Assembly (NCBI RefSeq): GCF_009914755.1
Contig: NC_060942.1
DNA: 64,000 nucleotides
Origin: the human T2T-CHM13v2.0 reference genome, Homo sapiens
Reading direction: 5' to 3' (one strand)
Both the position numbers and the translations under genes were made by a program. Each line of letters starts with the position of its first letter. The first letter of the stretch is position 1. Positions 55,455-64,000 of this stretch are shown here, one piece after another. The notes below the pieces were generated by a model. The model was given only the letters and a program-made list of their open reading frames with translations. It ran no database searches and was not told the origin of the DNA.

Positions 55455-56190
55455 ATCATTCAGTGGCTTTTAGTATATTCACTGACATGTGCAACCATCA
55501 CCACCATCAATTTTAGAACATTTTCCTCACCTCAGAAAGAAACCCATACCCTTTAGCTATGACCCTCCTATTCGCCCCTCCCTCACCTTATCCTTAAACA
55601 ACTACTAACCTGTTTTCTGTCTCTGTAGATTTCCCTATTCTGGACTTTCATATGAATGGTATACAATATGCAGCCTCTTGTGACTGGCTTCTTTCACTTA
55701 ATGTAATGTTTTCAAGGTCCATTCATGTCATAGCATATATCAGGACTGCATTCCTTTTCATGGCCAAATAATACTCCATTGTGTGAATATGCCACATTTT
55801 GTATTTATCCATTTGTTTGTTGGTGGACATGTGGGTTGTTTCCACCATTCGGCTGTTATGAATAATGCTGCTATAAACATTTGTGTCCCAGTTTTTGTGT
55901 GGACATGTATTTTCATTCCTCCAGGGTGTGTACCTGGGAGTGGAACTGCCGGTCGATACAGTAGCTCCGTGGATCAGTGTCTGAGGAACTGCCAGACTGC
56001 TTTCCATGCTGGCTGCACCATTTTGCATCCTCACTAGCAGTGTGTGAGGGCTCCAATTTCTCCACATCCTCAAAACACTTGTTATCTGACTTTGTGATTC
56101 CCGGCATCCTCTGGGTGGGAAGTGGTGTCTGGTTGTGGTTTGATCTGCATTTCCCAATGCCTAATGATACTGAACATTTTTTCATTCACT
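55455..56190 (-). mobile_element. Old L1 (L1MB-like) 3' fragment
   Basis: tgtgcaaccatcaccaccatc...ggctgcaccattttgcatcctcactagcagtg. Confidence 0.85.
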
Positions 56191-57508
56191 TCTTGGCCAA
56201 AAGATCTACCATTTTAACCATGACCCTCCACCTCATCCCCGTCAAGGGATTCTGACAGAGAACCTGTCGCCTTTGACAACATTTTCAACTTCGAGTATAA
56301 AAAGTCTCCCTAGATTTTTCTTGGCTCTTCCAGGGTGTATCTCTTGCTCCAAGGTTCTGAACCTAAGCCCAGTTCTTATTGAATCTAGGGTTCAGCTTAT
56401 TTCTAATTAATCAATTCTGCTGTTGGTTTGCACAAGATAGGAGCTGGCATTCTCTCTCAAGCAGCCTGTTAAAGCTAAACAGGGAGAGATTATGGCCGGA
56501 AAATACATGGACATTCGCTGCAAACACTGTCTTCCTACAACAAGGTTTCTCCCTCATCTCAAAAAAAAAAAAAGCCTTCCCTATCAGCAGGGATTTGACT
56601 AAGGAGATCTACACCTGTTTGTTCCCACCAGCTTTTAGTTCTTTATATTAATAGACTCCCAACTTACGACGGAAGGATGCAGGCTTTTCCCAGAGCCTGG
56701 ATTTCTAAGTAGGCACGTGCTAATTTTCCGCCATCCACTTCTCCTGCACACTGTCTCACGAAGGGTCTGAGGATGCAGGACTGCCAGGTGGGCTCTTTCC
56801 CAGCTCCCGGAGGCTTCCTCATCTCTCATCCCCAGTGCCAGCAAATGCCGGAGGGAGCTATCCTGCGCATGAGGCATTCGGATCCTTCCTTGGCCAGCAC
56901 TGCTCATCCACAGCCAGGGAGTTTCCCCACCTGCAGGATTCCTCCGACCAAACTCCTTGTTAGTGTTGTTGGTGCACATGGGCCCCCAAGCACCACCACC
57001 TGCTCCTGAGCAGCAAGTGGTTCCTGGGATCAGTGGCGTTATTGCAAGCGCGGTGGCCATGAGCTCAGGTTGGCCCAGGACACTGCCTGCTTGCCAAGGC
57101 TCAGCCTGCCCCTAACCCTGCTCTCTCGTTTTAATGGAAAGTTTCAAACATGCACAAACATAGACAGAAGAGGATAGTGAGTCCCCATGTGCCTATCAGC
57201 CAGTTCCAACAATTACCAACATGTGGCCCATCTTGTTTCAAGAGAGCCCCTCCCAGGACCCCCACTCTCAGCATCCAGATAATCCTACAGCAAATTCCAG
57301 ACATTGCATTATTGCATCTGTAGGTTGTTCAGCACATATCTTGAAGGTGAGCACATGTGTGTATATCAACAATACCATTAACACACTATAAAATAGCAAT
57401 AATTCCTTTAGATCAACAAATATACAACCTACAACCTGTGGTCAACTTTATCATATTGTCCCATAAAAATAGTTTTACCACTGGTCTTTCGAATCAGAAT
57501 CTAAATAG

Positions 57509-57838
<330 letters not shown>

Positions 57839-59969
57839 GAACTCTGCCCTGAATTTCTGATCTGACCTTGAGTGCCTGGAATGGGCACCCTGCCTCAGCC
57901 TGGCCCCCTGTATGTGACATAAGAGGGAATGGCAGCAGCTCTCTTGGGGAACCTCAGTGAGGATTGGAGGGCAAGTCCAGAAAGGAGAGCCGTGTTTAGA
58001 TGTGTGGGGGTGTAACCTACTCATCCTGGCTGTGTGATCCCAGGCAGTCTCTTGACCCCTCTAGTGCTTCAGGTCACTTGTCTGTGAAATGCAGCTACAG
58101 TAGCTCTGCCTTACTGGATTTTCAGGGTGATTGGCGACGTTGTGGCCATGAGTGCTCGGCTCAGTGCCTGCCCTCCATGCATGTGAAGACGCAATAAAAA
58201 TGTAAACGTGAACTTACTGCAGATGGTCACCACTTCTGTTAATCAACAAATCACATGATGTGTGGAATCCCTAACTCACTCCAGCACTAGAATCTGAGGA
58301 ATGCTGCAAACATCAAATTTCAGATCTGGCTTCTAATGAAGTGATGCCGATTTTCTTGTATCACGGGTGGTTTAGCACAGACTGCTATAGACATTAAATG
58401 CTAGTTCCAGACACCCACTAGCAGCGTTCTGGGAGAGGCCTGCGAGTTGTTGGGCACTGGAACACACTTTTCTGTGGTTCACACCGGAAACTTGTAGGTT
58501 CTGAAAGTGGAGGGGGAAATGGGGCTGCAGTTGGGAGCCATCACCCGCTGGGGGCTCACAGTGAGTGCAGCCTCGGTCATGGGCTCTGCTGACGCACCTG
58601 GGGAAGGAGACGGCAGGTGTGCAGAGGCACCGTTTAGCTGCCACAGGAGCTGCCAGGAAAGGCACAGTGATCGGATCCTCCCCTGAGCGTGCACTGTCTA
58701 GGGCAGCTGTCCTAGCTTCTCAGCAGGTTGTCATCTGCGGCTCACCAGAGAGAGATGCTGCCCTGGTGACTGCCACTCTGCTGGCTCGGGACCCTGGCAG
58801 GTTCAGGAGCTGATGGTATCTGGAGGGTGGGTGGCATTTGTTGGCTGGAGCTGAGAGCCAGCTCCTGGAGGAGTCACAGAAGGAGAAGGGGTGGGTGGGT
58901 CCAGCCACCATCCTACTGATCCCAGTGCAGAGCTCCTGCCCAGGAGGAAATATGCACATGCGGTTGGTTTATGGGAGGGAGCCTGGGTGGTCTGTTGCAT
59001 TGTTGGTCTCACCATCACAGGGCAGGCAGCAGCAAGGCTGGAGCAGGGGACCTGAGCCCTGAGGTCCTCCCCAGCCCCTTCGTCCCAGCCCTAATCAGGA
59101 GGTAGGGGCTTTCTGTCCCCAGAGCACCTCTCCTCAGGCCCCACAATGCCCCAGTGTTCCAATTCTCAATTGCTCTTTCAAGCGGTTACAATCCCCCACT
59201 TCTTCAGAAGCACTGTGGTTGGGACAAAGGTACCTTTCATGGTACACGTGGCTCAGCTTCCGGCGCCACAGGACATAAAGTTGGGGTGCTGTCCCCTGCT
59301 GACCTCAGAAGGAATGGGGCGCATTGTGAAAGGGAGAGAAACAGTGCTAAGACAAGGCACGCACAGATGGAACTCCCCAAAGACTGCAGATGAGGAGGGG
59401 TCCCCTGTGCCTTCTAGGACTAGCTCCAGTGCCCTGGGATCCCAGAGTGCATGGCGCTCAGGGAGAAACGCGTTTGCATGTTTCAGTTTCACAGTTTGCC
59501 TGGGGCGGTCTTGTTACCCAACTCTGTACCTTGTACTGCAGGCCAGAGGTGTGCGCAGGAGCACTGCCCTGGGGCCATCCCAGAAGCCTTGTCCCTGCTG
59601 ACAGGGTGAGGTTTGCTTGTTGAGCTCCTGGTGTCAAGGCCTAATTTATTAGTCATTATTAGCCAATTCCTGGAGGTTGAGGTTATCCAGGATACAAACA
59701 TTTATGCCTTTTAAGGTGCACTGAACAGAGCTTGTGGGCTTTTAAGTGGACCCTTTTTATCTTCACCCGAATCTTGCTCTCCTCCAGTTTGGGAAAGTTT
59801 GCACCAGGTAGCGTTCCCAGCACTGAGCCTGGCACTGGGCCAGGCTGTAGGGACATTACGTCCCAGGAAGTGAAATCATTGTAGGGCAGTCCCGATCAAG
59901 ACACAGTATGAGTTCACCCTTAAAACTCCCCATCCACTTCAAGCAAAGCAATTGCATATACTTCAGGAT

Positions 59970-60205
59970 TTTGTTTGTTTTTTTGTTTTTGAGACAAGAT
60001 CTCACTCTGTGATCCTCCCACCTCAAACCTCCTGAGTTGCTGGGACTATAGGTATGCACCACCTGGCCTGGCTAAGTTTTAAAATCTGATTTCGCTTATG
60101 TAGAGACAGAGTTTCTGTGTTGCCCAGGCTGGTCTTGAACTCCTGGGCTCAAGTGGGCCTCCTACCTTGGCTTCCCAAAATGCTGGGATTACAGGTGTGT
60201 GCCAC
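59970..60205 (-). mobile_element. Alu (AluJ-like, internally deleted)
   Basis: Reverse Alu consensus with part of the right arm missing. Confidence 0.85.
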
Positions 60206-60590
60206 TAGAACACTGTTTGAGAACTGTAAGCCACCAGTTTAAGACCTCGACCTGGAATGGGCATCTTAAAGCACCAGGTGGAGGCAACCATTGCATTTTA
60301 GGCAGAACTCATAACAGAGAAGGAGAATAAAATGACTGTCATTCAAGTTGAGGCTGCAAGCCAAAGTTCTGAAGTATGTAAGAAAGACATGCCTTAAGAA
60401 AAATAGCTTTTGCAATGTGTTAGGAAATGGGTTTACCAAGACTGACATACAAAGAGTAGAACATGTTTAAAATGGATGCAAACGAAGTATGTTTAAATTC
60501 TTCAAGAGACAAATGAAAGACTAACACCCATATTAAAGAATGAGAAAATACAAAACGTAAGCAGGTATCTATGAATCAGGAGCAGACAGG

Positions 60591-60928
60591 GGCCGGGTGT
60601 GGTGGCTCATGCCTGTAATCCCATCACTTTGGGAGGACGAGGCAGGCAGATCACTTGAACCCAGGAGTTTGAGACCAGCCTGGGCAATATGGTGAGACCC
60701 CCCTGTTTCTACAAAAAATACAAAAAGTAGCTGGATGTGGTGGCATGCACCTGTAGTCCCAGCTACTTAAGAGGCTGAGGTGGGACAATCACTTGAACCC
60801 AGGAGGTTGAGGCAGCAGTGAACGATGATCACACCACTGTACTCCAGCCTGGGCAACAGAGTGAGATCCTGTCTCAAAAAATAAAACAAAACAAAATAAA
60901 ATAAAATAAAATAAAATAAAATAAAAAC
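60591..60928 (+). mobile_element. Alu (AluJ-like) with (AAAAT)n tail
   Basis: Alu consensus. Confidence 0.93.
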
Positions 60929-61185
60929 AGATGGGTATTAAAATCAACCAATTAGACATCCTGAAAATGTAACTAGTTATTGAAATAACTGAACAGTAAA
61001 AATTCTAGACTGGGCACAGTCAAAGTGAGAATTAATGAACTGAAAAATATTACAGAGAATATGCCCAGGAATCAGAGCAGAGAGATAACAAGAAAAAAAG
61101 GGAAAAACTAAGAGATCTGGAGGATATATGATAGATCGAAAGACTCCAATGTAGTAGGAGTTCTAGAAGAAAACAGAGGAAATGA

Positions 61186-61650
61186 GGCCAGGCACTATGG
61201 CTCACACCTGTAATACTAGCATTTTGGGAGGCCAAAGAAAGAGGATCAGTTGAGCTCAGGAGTTCCAGACCAGCCTGGGCAACATAGTGGGTCCCCATCT
61301 CTAAAAAAAATTTAAAAATCAGTCCACGTATGGTGGCTTGTACCTTTAGTCCCAGCTTCTCAGGAGGCTGAGGCAGGAGGGTGGCTTGAGCCTGGGAGAT
61401 CCAGGCTGCAGTGAGCTATGATCACCCCACTGCACTCTAGCCTGGGCAACATAGCAAGACCCTGTCTCTACAAAAAGCTTAAAAAATAAGCCGGCTTGGT
61501 GTTGCACACCTGTAGTCCCAGCCACTCAGGAGGCACAGACAGAAGAATCACTTGACACTAAGAGTTTGAGTTTGCAGTGAGCAGTGATTATGCCACTACA
61601 CTCCAGCCTGGGCAACAGAGGGAGACTCTGTCTCAAAAAATAAATACGTA
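61186..61650 (+). mobile_element. Trimeric AluJ-like element, CNDP1 intron 1
   Basis: Left arm + right arm + extra right arm joined by A-rich linkers. Confidence 0.85.
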
Positions 61651-61777
61651 AAAATAAATGTGCATTGGCATCTTATTCTATGATAGACAGTACATAGGCT
61701 CTTGGGGCTATGGAAAGAAGAGAAACAAAGTCCTGGCCCCCATGGAGCTTATGTCATGAGAGCCAGACAGATAATTA

Positions 61778-62122
<345 letters not shown>

Positions 62123-62159
62123 AGGATATTATATAGTGGTAAGAAAATAATAACAGGGT

Positions 62160-62590
62160 GTACTGGGTTAAATAACATTCCTTCAAAAATGCCTGTCCAC
62201 CTGGAACCTCAGAACGTGGCCTTATTTGGAAACAGGGTTTTTACAGATGTAATTAGTTAAAAAGAGGTCACTCTGGAGTAGAGTGGGCCCTAAATCCAAA
62301 ACTCAGTGTCCTCCTAAGATGAGAGTACACAGAGAGACACAGAAAGAGGCTGGCTGTGCACACACGGAGGCAGAGACTGGAAGGACACAGTCACAGCAAA
62401 GGACTGCTGCCAACACCAGAAGCTGGAGGGGCAGGAAGGACCCTCCCCTAGAGCCTGCAGACGGAGCCCAGCCCTGCCAACACGTGATTTAGGTTTCTGG
62501 CCTCTAAAACTGTGGGAGAATAAAGTCCTGGTGTTTGGCCCCCGGTTTGGGATGCTTTGTTCCAGCAGCCTGAGGAAGCTAGTGGAGACC
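62160..62590 (+). mobile_element. MLT1B/C-like MaLR LTR
   Basis: ggaacctcagaacgtggccttatttggaaacagggt...ttctggcctctaaaactgtgggagaataaag. Confidence 0.8.
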
Positions 62591-64000
62591 GATGGGAAAG
62601 CCCCGCCCTCTCCTCGAATCTGCCTTGTTCTCGACTTTACATTTGTTGGACTTTTGTTCAAAGCCAAAAGGTGGCCTGAGATGCCATCGCCAGAGGTGGC
62701 CAAGCCCTGGAGTCCACCCCCGCCTTTAACCGGGGACCTTGGTTCACAGGCACCAAGGACGCCTAAAGCCTGGCACTTTGAAGTCAAAGTAATTTTGCTG
62801 TGAGCTGAATGTGTAAGATGACACTTTAAAGGCTGTGTACGTAATTACAGGTTTCTAGAAAAGAAACGTGTTATTTGGTGCTGTCTGCATTTTGGTGTCT
62901 CCACCTTGGCCCACGGTCCCACCAAAACCCTGCCAGGCTCTCCTCTCCTGACTCCGTGAGAAATCTCTGCTCTCCTCCTCGCCACCCCTCCTCTGTCCCC
63001 AGTCCACGTCTCTCTCAACTCCCCACTCCCTCCGACCCTCCTCCTCCTCTCTGCTGTTCTGCGGCCGGAACATCTTAATTTCACGTGCTGCCCCCTGAGA
63101 TTGTACAGTCTCCCCTGCAGGTATTCTGTAAATATCCTATCGACACTTTTACACAAAAATCACTCAAATGAGATTTAAAGGAAGAAGAGCCAGTGGCTCT
63201 GGTGTGGCCACAGCTACGATATCTCCAAAGGAGAATGTTCGCCTTGGGTTTTGGCTCCAGCGTCAGGCACAGCCTCATGGATCCCTTAGGATTTACACCT
63301 CTCACCCCTCAAAACCGAGAGCCATGCCCTGTTTCCCCATTGGAAACACGCTTTTGCCTCCGAGGAACTCAAAGCCCAGCCTTGTCTGATGACACCACTG
63401 TCCCTGGTAGAGTATACTTCAATGTATCGATTTAACTGTCACGAGATTCTGGCCTGTTGGAGAAATAACTGAAATCACTGGTTATTTCATTCACTCTTTT
63501 TGGTCATTGTTGTTTGACTGGCTCTGTCATTGTGCTACAAGCCACTGTTACGTTTCTAGATGATGGAAGGTTCCGGAAGTAGTGCAAAGTGGTGCTGTGC
63601 TGTCTCTCTGGCTGATGTCTGGCGAGGCTCAGATCCCTGTCCAGACTGTGGGGAGTAAAAGTGTCTGAAGGCGCATTGTTCCCGTTACCATCACACCAGC
63701 CTCATACCCTGACACTGCGAGCTTTCTCTTCCCCACCGCCTACCCACGAGGACCCCAGACACAGGTGGGAGCACCGAGGGCCCACCCTAGCGGCTTGGTT
63801 GCTGGACTAGCTGTCTTCTGCCCAGGAGAGAAGACGCTGTACAGTGCCTTGGGCTGTGACGTGCCAGATGCGGTACTGTCTCGTGCCACCCCCCTTAAGG
63901 TGCTTGGTAGGTGCCACATGCCGTATTCTCTCGTGCCACCCCCCTGAGGGCACATAGTAGGTCCCACTGTCCCTGCTTCAGAGCCTGTGTCCTGAGCCAG

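Overview
Human (primate) genomic DNA, recognisable as the 18q22.3 carnosine dipeptidase locus. It holds the complete CNDP2 gene on the + strand: a CpG-island promoter at ~13.1-14.2 kb, non-coding exon 1, and 11 coding exons from 17346 to 37431. I spliced these by hand to 1428 nt, i.e. 475 aa plus stop, an M20A metallo-dipeptidase with H99/D132/E166/E167/D195/H228/H445. The paralog CNDP1 follows head-to-tail; only its promoter, exon 1 (MDPKLGRM) and the start of intron 1 are in the window. The rest is intronic/intergenic and rich in Alu, L1, MaLR/ERV1 LTR and Tigger elements. Nearly all ORFs in the supplied track are non-coding noise. I see no evidence of a new protein-coding system. The most notable items are: a GC-AG intron in CNDP2; a 17x37-bp intronic VNTR built of splice-site-like motifs; a 13x54-bp intronic VNTR carrying MRE cores; a tailless 5S rRNA retrocopy with a TSD; a CNDP1 uORF whose stop overlaps the main start (TAATG) with UGGGA motifs upstream; inverted Alus around catalytic exon 4; a sense LTR and a ~200-bp dispersed duplication upstream of CNDP1; and two trimeric Alus. 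Repeat subfamily names are from memory of consensus sequences and need RepeatMasker/Dfam confirmation.
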